A DNA stretch of 64,000 bases from contig JAQFVV010000005.1 of the NCBI GenBank assembly GCA_028023455.1, positions 11,160,001-11,224,000 of the forward strand. Reading direction: 5' to 3'. Made by a program: the position numbers and the translations under genes. Below are positions 13,801 through 27,303 of the stretch, piece after piece. The notes under the pieces are model-generated. The model was given only the letters and a program-made list of their open reading frames with translations, searched no databases and had not been told where the DNA came from. The first letter of the stretch is position 1. Each line of letters begins with the position of its first letter. This DNA comes from Epiperipatus broadwayi (taxonomy: Eukaryota; Animalia; Onychophora).

Positions 13801-15056
13801 AGCTGATTACAATGAAAAATCAAATTTATTTCATTGTCATATCTGTTGCTACAAGCAGTATCTCATGACTGTTTTGTATGTGTTATGTACATCTATACAA
13901 GCAATTATTTTAATTTTTTGCAGTCTATGGGTATTTTTGTATTTTTATTTTTGCAATCTATGAGTATTTTTTCTACTTATTTATACAAATATAATTCTTT
14001 TGTAAGTTATACTTATAATCATAAGCTGTCTAAAGGCATTTCCATAAGGGCAAATGAATAGTAAGACATGTAATAAGGAGCATCAGTATTGTGACTATTC
14101 TCATTTTATATTGTACTAAATTGAAAAAAACATTTTTTTCTTGTTTAGTTATCACAATATGTAGAAATATGATATACATATACCCTGAAAAAACTCTTTA
14201 GTCTTTCATCATTGCTCTTTTGTATTATATATTAATTTTTTTTGCAATTATTTTAAAATTAATTTTAGTTTTTGATAAATTACAATTAACTAGTGTTCTG
14301 TTTGCATAATATCTGATAAACAATACTTATTGTTAATTTTCCCAACAGATACATGCATAGCAGGACAAGATCTAGGTCAGCTACCAAAAATGAAACTCTC
14401 CAACATGTCTTCTTTCTAATGCTTTACAATAAAAAATTATCTCAGTTAAATCATGTTATATTTCATTTTTAAAAAATTTAACCTTAAAATTTAGAATTTG
14501 TGAACATATTAAAAAATAAGCATTTGTAAAAAAGTTGAAATCTATTTTTTCTTAAAGGTAAGAACTATATTTTCTCAGCTTTTGTCAATATATAACACTT
14601 CACATTTGGTGCATTAATCCTGGAAGATATTGTATAAATTGTATCTCAGTCCAATTGCTTAAAATTTAACATGGTGACCATTAGGTTTAGAATAGTTAAA
14701 GTAAGATTGTTTTAAAATTCTTCCTTTTAATTAATATATAGAATTATTTACTTATATAATAATACATTTATTTATCTTTAAAATATTTTCTGCTCTTCCA
14801 TAGCAATAAATTCTCTTAGATATTTAATGTTTTATTGTCATTTAGAAGTCACATATTTGTAGAAATACCATATGATGAAGTACATATAGTGAATAAAAAT
14901 AGCTATCAAAATGATATGATGTCCATGCTAAAGAAATGAATATGAATAAGGGCCAAATGTAGTTGTTTTGTAGATACAAAAGACTAAATGAAACATATTA
15001 AATAGTTATCATTATATTTAATTTTTATTAAAGCAAATTTTATACTTACTTGAAAC

Positions 15057-15218
15057 ATTTTTCCTTAATGGCATTGACATTGTGCAACATGTATTAACCC
15101 ATTTGCACTTCTTTAGAATATAAAGATATATCTAATTTTTTCCTTAATGACATTGACATTGTGCAACATGTATTGACCCATTTGCACTTCTTTAGAATAT
15201 AAAGATATATCTAATTTT
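15057..15218. repeat. 79-bp tandem duplication
   Basis: ttccttaatg(g/a)cattgacattgtgcaacatgtatt(a/g)acccatttgcacttctttagaatataaagatatatctaatttt occurs twice (15061 and 15140). Confidence 0.95.
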
Positions 15219-15351
15219 ACAATTTTATTTTCATATTTAAAAGAGATTATCCAAGAAAGCATTCTATTATTTATTCATCTATTTATTATTGTTATGTACT
15301 ATCTATTATTTTAATAGAAATAAGGCATGCTTTCTATTTAAACTATCTTGA

Positions 15352-16005
15352 TAAACAGAGCAAAACTCTCCATACAGTATTGCCACCTGTGCTAAACAGA
15401 GTAATCAATGGATGCCAGAAGGCTTGTGCATAAAATCCCTATCTAATGCCTACTCATCCAATATCCCCAGACTAGTTTCTGGCTTGTGGCCTTTGTCAGT
15501 GAGGAGCTTTGGATCTGAGAGCACTGCATCTAGATCTTAGGATCTAATGCAACCCTCTAGCAACCACCTTTTATCTCTACTTAACTACAAAACTATGAGA
15601 ATGAAATTGAAAACACAAAAAATATTTTCAATCTAAGCTCAATACCTTATATAGTCATATGGGTCTGAACTCAGTTCAGCACCCATACATTTTGGTGTCT
15701 TTGGCTCTTTTACAACCATAGCCACCATTTTATCCTATTAGGCAGGAGTGGTGTTAAACCATTAAGCATCACATGATCACATTTCCTATACTAGCACATT
15801 AATTGTTGATAAACAGAGCAAACTCTCCATACAGTATTGCCACCTGTGCTAAAAAGAGATAGGGATTTTATGCACAAGCCTTCTGGCATCCATTGATTAC
15901 TCTGTTTAGCACAGGTGGCAATACTGTATGGAGAGTTTTGCTCTGTTTATCAACAATTAATGTGCTAGTATAGGAAATGTGATCATGTGATGCTTAATGG
16001 TTTAA
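15352..16005 (-). mobile_element. Hammerhead-bearing repeat, copy 2: ~458-bp monomer plus partial tandem plus terminal inversion
   Basis: gataaacagagca(a)aactctcc repeats at ~15350 and ~15808; 15746-15852 is inverted at ~15905-16005; flanked by tttaaactatcttga (15337-15351) and tttaaattatcttga (16001-16015). Confidence 0.8.
15465..15506 (-). ncRNA. Minimal type I hammerhead ribozyme-like motif (G8A variant)
   Basis: Minus strand: ctcctca CTGACAA aggc cacaa gcca GAAA ctag TC tggggat. Confidence 0.7.
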
Positions 16006-16633
16006 ATTATCTTGACTTTCATATCGTATTTTGTTCATTTATAATATACTATGGAATAAATTTTATGGTCACATAATATTTTAACATATTTTATATTTAT
16101 ATAAACTTCCTGCAATCCAAAACCCAATTCTTTATTTCACATAGATTTAATCATTTAAATCCATATTTTATAAATATGTAAATATTTTAGATATCAAAAC
16201 GATAAAATGTCCTTTGATATCCAGATAAATATTTGATGAATAGATTTATTTATATGGATAGCTCTAACAGTAGTTATTAAAACCCTCAGAAACTCTTTGT
16301 ACGCTACAGTTTGATTTGACTAACATGTTGGTGGCTCTCTTCATCATTATACTGTTACAAATTTGACCATCAACATATTGGCTATCTGTTATACTGTTAC
16401 AATATATTGTAAGGATACATTAACCTGACCACACAAAAATCACTACACACACATCCATCTTAGACTAAACCTAGCAACAATAGTCAAAAACATATTATTA
16501 ATTATATATTAATAAACATTAATTGCACAAAAATCAAGTCCTATATCATCTGACTTAATTTTATAAGCTTGTATTACAAATGTTATATAATGAACTTGCC
16601 AATAGTTCTTAACAAGCTTTTCAGAATATCCCT

Positions 16634-16675
16634 ATTCTCAGACCGTTTTCTAGCGCTAGCTGTCGTCAATGAGGC
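16634..16675 (-). ncRNA. Minimal type I hammerhead-like motif (left arm)
   Basis: Minus strand: cctca TTGACGA cagc tagc gcta GAAA acgg TC tgaga. Confidence 0.6.
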
Positions 16676-16879
16676 ACTAGGATATTCCAGCATTAGATTT
16701 AAAATATCAAGTCAAGCCCAGTACTTTATCTAATGTTTAACTATTAAGTAGAAAACCTGAAATTTTCAAACATTCATATGTCTTCAAATCCAGTTATCTA
16801 ACTTAAATAGCCATATGGGATGGAACCAAGTTCAGATACACCATATATTAAAAGCTTTAGCAATATAAAATCACCAAAG

Positions 16880-16918
16880 CCTCACTGTCAAAAGCCAGAG
16901 CTAGAAACCGGTCTGAGG
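16880..16918 (+). ncRNA. Minimal type I hammerhead-like motif (right arm)
   Basis: cctca CTGTCAA aagc caga gcta GAAA ccgg TC tgagg; perfect stem I cctca/tgagg, palindromic ACCGGT stem III, core mutated. Confidence 0.6.
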
Positions 16919-19299
16919 ATAGGGATGTCCTGAAAAGCTTATTAAGAGCTATTGGTACGTGTAGATATGTTAATTAAAACCATATTTATGACAATACCAA
17001 CTCATAAAAAAAAAAAATAGAAAATGTATATATACCAAACCCATAAATGTAAGCAAGCAAAAATCTCAAAAAAAAAAACAAACAAACAAAAAACAATAAA
17101 TGTTAAATTCATTTGTTTATTAATCCAACAAAAATTCTATAAATACCAAAATAACGTCAACAATAAAAATAAAAGCACCAACGTAAAACCCAGACAACAA
17201 TAAGTAAAACATAAGACAATATAGAATAAGTTGATCTTTCTTTTTTAAGAAAAAAAAAAAAACGAAGGCAAATAAATTACCATTTTCAAGAAAAGTTATT
17301 TTATAAATTCCTAAAAGTAACTTATTCATCATCTTAACTATCCTCAACATTAAAGCTCATAAGTCACTATAATCACAACTTGAGAAAGGTGACTAAAGAA
17401 ATCTACCTCGAATTCCATAAAGCTTATATTTTTAGTCCAAATTATAAGCTAGGAATGAACAAATCATGCATGCCCTAGGAAGTGAGAAAACATTGTGGGG
17501 ATGGAACTGGTTGTCATACAATCAACAGTTCCAGATATGATTACCATTTAAAACTAACATCATGATGACCATGCTAGCAAAAAGATCTACGATGCACTAT
17601 AACCAATTAAAGAAATTATCTGAGCACAGGAAAGATAGTTTATAAAAAAGATCCAAATGGCGACTGAATATTATCAGATAAACTACCATCCAGTTAATGC
17701 AAAAGAACTTTCCTAAAGGCAAAGATACCCGGACGTTTTCCAATATAAACTATAAGATTTTGAACTGTGGCTAGATTACACTGGATTAATATCTCATGTT
17801 ACATTCTATAATTTTTTTATTATTATTACTTTGCTTGTTAAATTTATTTATTTCTTTTGAAACAGAGAATCAATCAATTCAATCATCGATTAGTCTATGA
17901 GGAAGGGAATCATCAATTATATTAATTTTTCATTTAATAATAAAATATAGGTGCTGAACCAATAATCTACCAACTTGAAAGGTGAGACTTTGTTCTTATA
18001 TAATACTAAACGCTCACACTTTGACAATTACAATATTTGATGTTCAATGTTTGTATTCAATTAATTTAATTATTAATTATTCGAAATGCATGATTCAACC
18101 CTTGAATGATTGGTCTGTTCTATCATAGATCTATATAACACCAGAATAGGAGGGAGCTCAGAATCTAAAAGCAATTCTCAACAAATCACTAAATGTAGAT
18201 AGACATATTGGAAATTAATGATCAAATGATGACAGGAATTTTAGTTAGCAAATTGTCTTTTATGTAAATTTGAAATTATTAAATTAGAATGGTGAATGAT
18301 CATCCTTCATAGCGATCAAAGGTATAGGTTAGTAAATAGTTGATGAATACAGATGAAGGATGATCATGTCTATATAATTATTAAATAGTAAACAAATATA
18401 TCACTTTTGTTTATAAAACAATCATGAATGGAAACCATCATCAAAATCAATTTGTTAAGCATTAAATATTAAATTAAATTGGTTGTTTGTCGTTTGATTT
18501 GTCTACTTTTCAATTAATCACATAATACACATATCCAATGCACATATGTAGATACAAAATAATATCTTGAAACAAGTGTAAATTCCATACCACTCACTCA
18601 GTAATCATTATGCGATCACTTACATGTAAGTAAATTATCAGACGACTAACTTGCCTTATCAGGTTTAATACCCTACTTTGAAGACCAAATGGTTGACCAT
18701 AGTTAAATACAGCTCTCATGGAGAAAAAAACTATATCATTACATCTGGTGTAGCCAATCGTTGGGGTTTGAAATACACTTAAATAGTACGATACCAGATC
18801 ATCCCATTACATATGAAGTCGAATTTTAGGGGTTCAGAATTATATGATTATTTCATGATATGCTAATAATTCCAATATGCGATGAATGAAAACTAGACAA
18901 ATGAAAAACTGCAATAAACAGATACCAATAAAATAGTCGTGTAGTCAACCAAATAAACAAAATGTAAAAGGAGATATAAAGTAATACATAAAAAAAAATA
19001 TTAAGAAGAAGAAATAAATGAAATGATAACCAAATAAAAATTAAATCATAACTCATATTAAATGTATAACAGCAGGAAAGTCTCTATGTTGTCTATCAAA
19101 TTACTTGACATACATAGAAAGAATTAGTTTGAGATAAAATCACATAAAGTATTTTATAACAAATATAATAAAACATTAATATATATATTAAATGATAACT
19201 AGAAATAAAATCAAAACAAATGAATTAGAAACAAGTAAAGAAGTTAGAGAGGAAATTTAAAGGAAAGAAATCCAGGTTGAACAGATACAAAATCCTATT

Positions 19300-22200
19300 T
19301 GGGACAGTTTAGAAACTTCTACTTTTGAAAATATAATAGAACAGAATGTTGAAATATCTAGGTAGGCGGTGTCAAAAATAATCAACCTCAAGAAACACCA
19401 ATGATTGTAGAAACACGAAGGAAGGAACAGACTCAAATGAGCCTATTCTCAACCAGATGATGATAATGATGCAACAAATGTTTAATAAAATGGAAAAACA
19501 GAGTGCTCATTTATCCAGTAAAATAAAAAATCGGAGTGCTATAATGGAAAAACAGAGTGCTGATTTATCTAGTAAAATAGAAAAACAGAGTGCTGATCTA
19601 AAAGAAGAACTATAGAACAAAATAAAAGAACTAAATACTGAATTACAAAACGGAATTAAAATTAGATATATTCAATATCAATAAACAAAATATTGAAAAG
19701 AAAGAAATAAAAGAAATGAAAAAGAATATTGATGAAAGAGATTGCAAGTGTCAAATTAGATTCATTGAATTTGGAAAACAAATAGAAAACAAAATTGATG
19801 ATAAATTCATTGAGATGACACACACCTATGATAATTTGAAACTTGAAATGGTAAAAAATCAGAAACAATATCAATTAGAACTGAATAAAAAAATAGAGAA
19901 AATGCATTTAGAAATAAATCATTCCCTGAAAAAGCAAAATAATAGGCTAGAGAATTATGAGAAGAAAGCTAGATCTATAGAAAATGATAATAGTTGTATA
20001 GCAATCAGACAAAATTTTATTGAAGCCAAACTCACACAACATAAGGACACCCTTGAAAAACTAATCGAGAATCAAATGATCTACAAAATCAAGTAGAGAA
20101 TGGGAACAGCTCAATGAGTCAAAAATTTGAAAACCTAGAATCTGAATTTTTCTACAAAATACAAACTTTAAAAGAGAACTATATAATTCTATAATTAAAA
20201 TCACTTCTTTTCTTTTCAAAAACTTTATTTGATGTATATATATATATCCACTTATTTCCAACGTTTTGACTATCTTTACTCTATAGTCATTTTCAAGGAT
20301 CTAGAAAAAACATTACATTATAAACAAACTTCACATAATAAAAACAAAAATAATCAAAAACAATATAAAGCATATAAACCCCATAAAATTTAAAAATAAA
20401 TAAAATACATTAAAATCAATTAAATTAAAAACACAAAACATACACCACACTTACTTGACTCCCTTCTCAAAAAACTTTCCCTTTTTACATTTTTTTATCC
20501 AAAAAACCAATTGTTACAATAAAAAACTTATTTCCTTTTTCTTTCTTATATACTTCAAAAATGAATTTATTTTCAAAAATAATTCTTTATTCATGTCTTA
20601 TCCAATTCTATTTTTTTTAAAAGAGAAATTTATCAAAGATATGCGAAATGTTAAAATATTTGAAAAAGGATATGATCTAAATATGGAAAAGTTAGGTATT
20701 ATTTTAAACAAAATTAACATTATGGATAACAACAGAATAAAATGGATGATCCATACAAAGTCTACAAAGAAATAGGGAATTTATCCCAAATATATAGCAT
20801 AAAAGAAACCATTTTCAATGGAAACAGAGAAAATACCAACAGTCAACGATAAAACCACCCATAAATACTTCAAATAAAATCATTGTCAGAAACAATAATA
20901 CATAAGTGAATTCCATTAACCAATTCATAAAACTCAAAACCTTTAAGGGATCTACAAATGAAACACCAATTAAACATATAAAGAATCTCAATTTATATTT
21001 TTCAGTTAATAATAATTTATCAAAGAGGGGAGAAATTAATTGTAGATTATAATCATTTGCAAAGTGATGCACTATCCTGGTGGAAGTCTTTGTTTCAAAC
21101 ACCATCAACCTATGATGACTATCAGGCCTTATTAATAATAAACTTTTGGAACAAGGATCATCAACAAGCATTATTATACCAATTACTATAGGAATAGTAT
21201 GAAAACATCCCTGGAGAAACCTTGATAAAGATTTTTAGATGATAGATAGTCAAATTAAAAACATTAGTAAAACATAATCTTCTACTAAAGATAAAGCAAA
21301 CTCTACTCTGTGTAAATGCATAAAGTGTTGAACAAATGGCAGACTTATTAAATAAAATCGGCTTAAACAACCATAATATGATCAATAAAATTTTTGAAAA
21401 AAGGAAAGAAAAAATTACAAAAGGAGAAAAAACAACGATTCATATCATTGGAAAGGCAAGTCAAATCAACTGTCAATAATAACAATGAGAGAACAAACAA
21501 CAAAATCAACATAAGGTCCATAGTTAACAAAAAACATCAAAATCAGAATGTAGTAAATCTACACCTAAAACCACTCCAAAACCAAACTAAAATGGTAATT
21601 AAGAGTTAGTTCCTCATTTCAAGGAACCATATTAAAGGAGAGAAACAAAAATGAACCACTAAATAGAGAAATCACTAATTTAATGTGTTCATATGAAGAT
21701 AAAGCACTAAACTAAACTTTTCAAAGCTGTCCCTTGATAGAAATTTTGTTTGAGGATTTGCTAGTATAGACTTTGTTAGATATGGTAGCCAAATATCAGT
21801 AATATCTGAAAAATTTTACAATAGAATTTTAAATAAAAATGCTAATATTAAGATTTTACCACTTAGATTAATACAGGTTACCATGGCTAACAAGCACAAA
21901 AACAAATCTGGATAGAATTAAAGATTGGCCAAACAATTATCTATCATGTTTTTCTTATATGAAATGGACTTATACATGAAGTCATTTTATGGGCAGACTT
22001 CCTACATATGAACCAATGCAAAATTGTTTCCCAAATAAATTAGTCAGGGTAGGTGATGAAGTTTTCGAAATGACATTACTATCAAAATATGATCTACCTG
22101 CTGACGGCACATTATCAAGCATCCCGAGGCACCTGCATGAGAAAAAATTACAGAATCCAATTTAATCAAAAGCGATGATGCAAATAACTTGCGATCAATT

Positions 22201-24755
22201 ATTGATGAATACAGTACATTTTCTGAAATGCCAGGAGTAGGAGGATTCCAACAAAGAATCAAATTATTTTATGACCAACCATTCCACTCCAAATCCTATC
22301 CTATCCTATACCATACCAATATCAGGAAGAAATATTCAAACAAATAAATAAAAAATGACTAATTGAGGAATAATTTCCAAATGTTCTTCGCTATATTGCA
22401 ACCCTGTTGTAATGGTGAAGAAGAAAGATGGATCGATGAGATTTTGTTTATATGTGAGACAACTAAACAAATTAACAATTCCTGATAGGAACATACCACT
22501 GCCCATACACAAATTATTCATAAAATTTGGAAATAAGTAAGTATTCTCCATTTTCAATTTAACCTCCAGTTATTGGCAGATAGAATTTTATCCAGAAAAT
22601 CACCAATACACTGCATTCCGATATGAAGAGTTTAGTTATCAATTTAATAGGATGCTATTTGGATTGATTAATAGCGGTGCTGGTTTAATAATTGTTTGGA
22701 TAAAACTCTCTCTCCTGAGATCAAACAAATAACTATATACATAGATGATATTATAATTTCATCCTCTACAATTGAAGAACATCTTCAAAATATGAAAAAA
22801 AATTTTAAAGAGTGCTATGATAAGGGGATAAAAGTCAATTTTAAGAAGAGCACATTAGTATGTAATGAAATAATCTTCTTAGGTCATATCATTGGTTGTA
22901 ATGGAATAAGACCTCATCCCGATAAGATTGGTGCTATACAGAATTCCCCAAAACCTACAAATAAAAAGCAGATCAGATCATTTTTAGCATTATGCAACTT
23001 GTACAATCATTTGAACCAAAAAATTTTCACATGAAACCATCACTGAAACTCATAAGACAAAATGAGAAATGGAACTGAACTGAAGAACAAGATGAGGCAT
23101 TTGTTAGAATTAAAACAGGATTTCTAGAGCAAACTTTATTAACTTTTACTGATTTTAGCAAACCATTTATCATACAAACAGATCACAGTGATTACGAACT
23201 AGGAGTAACTTTATCCCATTTCCAGGAGAACAGCCATCAGGAGTCCTCTATTGTATCAACCATCTCTTAAAAAGGTCCAGAAATAAATTATACAGTTTCT
23301 AAGAAAGAAGCACTAGCAATAGTTTGGGCCCTCCAGAAATTTTGACAAATGCTTCTCGGATCAGAGGTTATAGAGATTGCTGATCATAAAAGCCTCGAAT
23401 TCTTAAACCACAGCTACCTAACTATTAGTCACTTTGTTAGAAGGAGTCTGTTATTACAAAAATTCAAGTATACAGTCAAATACTGTAAAGAATCCGAAAA
23501 CATTGTAGCTGATGCAATAAGTCAAAATCCATGGAGATCCAGAACAACAACACTTATCGGTAAATAACGCCTATGTTATGAACATTGATATAATATTCAA
23601 TGAAAATGTAGAGAACAATTTAATAAAAATCCATAATATACAATCTCAAGATAAAGTTAACTCCAATCAATAAAACCTTAAGTGGAGAGGAAATTCTGTA
23701 CACAACCAATAATCTTAATCAGTATAAGTTAGATAATCAGGTCTTGACATATAAAATAAACAATGAAATAAATGAGTGGAAGGTAGTAATATCTGAAATA
23801 TTAAAAACCCAATCATAAAATACGTATATTGTTCATATGGGCACTATGGAGCCCATAAAACTGAACACAAACATTAAAAAATTGGTTTTACTGGCCCAGG
23901 ATGTACAAAGACATCCTAAAATAAATACAAAATTGTCAAATATGCCTAAAAGCCAAACCAGTAAACAAGAGTTACATTAGTTCAGTAAAATCTATCATAC
24001 CAAAAAGACCAAATGAGATCTTAGCTACAGTTTTTATGGAACTTTACTTCCATCAAATAAACAAAAGTATTTGTTAATAGCTTTTGATCTCTTTTCAAAT
24101 TTTGTGTCAGTTTACCCTATGCCCTAAACTAATACTCACTGTACCATCAAAGTATTAGACACTACATTTCAAAGAAATAAGAAAGCCAGGAATGATCTTA
24201 ACAAATCATGGTACCCATTTCCTATCCAAAGAATGGAATAAATGGGTAGTAAAACAACAAATAAAACATGTACTGACCTCCAAATCTCTGTGAACATATA
24301 ATGCAGAAACTCAGACATTTGTTCAGAACCTATTTGGAGAAGAAGCATAAGAATTGGGTAAAGCACATGCAACGTGTAGGGAATTACATAAATTGGAATG
24401 TAAATGAATAAACAGAATTCAAAACATACCAAGTTTATTCCAAAAATATATACCAGCACTACAAGACCACCTATAGACACAGAAAGAAATCAGATGGAGG
24501 CATATGAAAAGATAATGCATATGGCCCATAAATGCAATAAAAATAAAATAAGAAGATTACCAATTCAAAGTAGGTGACATGGTGTTCATAAAAACATCAC
24601 GTTAGTAAACCACAATAGTTCACATTTCATAAATTCTGCAACTCTTATGATGGACCATTCACTATCGTCAAATGCGCAAGTCCAAATGCATATTGGCTGG
24701 ATTGCAGGGGTGAAATCCGTGGCACGTACAATGTCCGAATACTAAAACCTTACTA
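19300..24755 (+). pseudogene. gypsy gag-pol remnant
   Basis: Coiled-coil gag (ORF 19716-20096); [15 protein letters not shown] and YIDDIIISSSTIEEHL (RT); KKEALAIVWALQKF and ADHKSLEFL (RNase H); integrase ending GPFTIVKCASPNAYWL...YNVRILKPY (GPF/Y motif); many stops and frameshifts. Confidence 0.9.
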
Positions 24756-25277
24756 AGAAAAAACAAAGTAATGTTGTTACACAATTCTTTAATAGATGTA
24801 AAATAAGATTACATCAGGTTAAAATAAGAATTTTGAAAAGTAAATATCAACAATGCTAAAATACAAGCAACAGAGTTCCTTAGGACTGATCAAATCAATG
24901 AGTTCCCCATTCAGGTAGAAATAGATATTCAACTGTTTAAATAGCATTAAAACAAATCTAATAAGCCTCCCATAAGAGCAGGATTAATGCTATTAAACAC
25001 ATGCACATATATATGATATCTATAGAAGATACTTATACATAATAATGATCAGATCCTTAACTACCATCATCATACCAATGTATACACTAAATCAACAATT
25101 TAAGAAAGAGTAGACTGAAAGAAAATTTTAACCTGAAATAACAACAAATCTAAGCATCACTAAATACACCAACTATAAAAAAATAAACTTGAGAATGAAA
25201 ATAAATATATTATATTTACTTTAATCCCTTAATATTTACAATATGCTTTAAACATATATAGGTGAAATTTCCTAAAT

Positions 25278-25288
25278 GGGTGGGGGAA
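25278..25288 (+). promoter_or_regulatory. Polypurine tract of the gypsy element
   Basis: gggtgggggaa immediately before the TG of the 3' LTR. Confidence 0.8.
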
Positions 25289-27303
25289 TGTAAGGATACA
25301 TTAAACTGACTACATAAAAATCACTACACACACACCCATCTTAAAGATTAAACCTACCAACAATAGTCAAAAACATATTATTAATTATATATTAATAAAC
25401 GTGGAGATATGTTAATTAAAACCATACTTATGCCAATATTGACTCGTAAAAAAAAAAAAAAAAGGAAAATATATATATATACCAAACCCATAGACGTAAG
25501 CAAGCAAAAATCTCAAAAAAAAAAGAAATAAATAATAAATGTTAAATTTGTTTATTTATTAATCCAGCATAAAATTCTATAAATATCAAAATGATGTCAA
25601 CAATGAAAATAAAAGCTCCCACTTAAAACCAGACATCAATAAGTAAAACATAAGACAATATAGAATAACTTGATCTTTCTTTTTTAAGAAAAAAAAAACT
25701 AAGGCAAAAAAATTACATCTTCAAGAAAAGTTACTTTATAAATTCCTAAGAGTAACTTATTCATCACATTACAGGGATGGAATTACTTTAAACAATTCAA
25801 AACAAAACAACACTCTCCATATAGTAGTGCCATGAGATAGTGATCATGTGATGTTTAATGGAATTACTTGTCATACAACCAAGAATTCCCGATATGATTA
25901 TCATTTAAAATTAATATCATGATGACCATGCTAGCAAAAAGATCTATGATGCGCTACAACCAATTAAAGAAGTTATCTCAGCACAGGAAAAATAGTTTAT
26001 AAAAAAAGTCACCACCACAAAGATTCAAATGGTGACTGAATACTACCAAATATACTACCATCCAGTCAATGCAAAAGAACTTTCTTAAAGACAAAGATTC
26101 CTGGACATTTTCAATATGAATTATAAGATTTTGAACTGTGGCTAGACTACACTGGCTTAATATCTCTTGTTCTATAATTTTTTTATTATTATTTTGCTTG
26201 TTAAATTGAATTCTTTCTTTTGAAACAAGAGTCAATCCATCCAATCATCGATTAGATTATGGCAAAGGGAGTCATCAATTATAATATTAATTTTTCATTT
26301 AATAATAAAATATAGGTGCAGACTCCCAAGCTTGCTTGCTAATAGACCGAATAATCTATCGACTTGAAAGGTGGGACTTTGTTCTTATATAATACTAAGC
26401 GCTCACACTTTGATAATTACAATATCTGATGTTCATTAATTATTAATTATTTGGAATGAATTTGGAATGCATGACTAAACCCTTGAATGATTGGTCTGTT
26501 CTATCATAGATCTATATGACACCAGAATGGGAGAGGTTCAGAATCTAAAAGCAACTCTCAAACAAATCATGAAATATAGACAGACATATAGGAAATTAAT
26601 GACCAAATGATGACAGGAATTTTAGTTAGCAAAGAATTAATTGTTCAATACAGTTTTAAAATTGTCTTTGATGTATATTTGAAATTATTAAATTAGAATG
26701 GTGAATGATCATCCTTTGTAGGGAGCAAAGGTATGGGTTAATAAATAGTTGATGAATATAGATGAAGGATGATCATGCCTATACAATTATTAAATGATAA
26801 ACAAATATATCATTTTTGTTATAAAACAATCATGAATGGAAACCATTATCAAAATTAATTTGTTAAGCATTAAATATTAAATTAAATTGTTTGATTTGTC
26901 TATTTTCCAATTAATTACACAACATGCATATGAAATAATCATATCTTGAAACAGAATACATGTACATTCTTCATGAGTTTGAACTCTGTGGCATAACGAG
27001 GCTAAGTTTAAATTCTGTGGCATAACGAGGATCAAGAAGAAATGAAGTAAGAGAAGTTATACAAGTGTGAATTCCATCCCACTCAATCAGTAATCATTAT
27101 GGGACCACTTCATAAAACTTGGATAAATCCTCAGATAACTGACTTGCCTTATCAGGTTTAATGTCCTACCTTAAAAACCAAATGGGCTACCATAGTTAAA
27201 TACACCTTTCATGGAGAAAAAGACTGGCCCGTTACATGTGGTGTAGCCAATCATTGGGTTTGAAATACACTTAAATAATACGATATCAGACCGTCCCGTT
27301 ACA
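25289..27303 (+). repeat. 3' LTR (~2.0 kb)
   Basis: Starts tgtaaggatac and ends ccgttaca, followed by the ATAT TSD. Confidence 0.9.
25789..25857. mobile_element. 69-bp remnant of the hammerhead-repeat family inserted in the 3' LTR
   Basis: Contains both termini of the 36819-37054 copy (ttaaacaat.caaaacaaa...ctctccatatagtagtgccat joined to gagatagtgatcatgtgatgttta); flanked by duplicated atggaattact; absent from the 5' LTR. Confidence 0.75.

Larger units (their letters stand above)
16518..16958. mobile_element. Segment present only in the 5' LTR, containing two inverted hammerhead-bearing arms
   Basis: 3' LTR reads aataaac|gtggagatatg without it; arm ~16605-16675 is the reverse complement of ~16880-16955; homologous to the 15.4-kb family around the ribozyme. 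Confidence 0.75.
16408..18811 (+). repeat. 5' LTR (~2.4 kb including a ~440-bp insertion)
   Basis: Starts tgtaaggatac and ends cccattaca; colinear with 25289-27303. Confidence 0.9.
16408..27303 (+). mobile_element. Ty3/gypsy LTR retrotransposon, full-length structure, decayed
   Basis: TG...CA LTR pair; 4-bp TSD ATAT (16404-16407 and 27304-27307); polypurine tract before the 3' LTR; gag, protease, RT, RNase H and integrase remnants in gypsy order. Confidence 0.92.

Noticed and set aside
9000-14100. Short low-complexity ORFs (60-101 aa)
   Set aside because: They show I/F/L/N/K bias expected by chance in AT-rich DNA and have no domain motifs.
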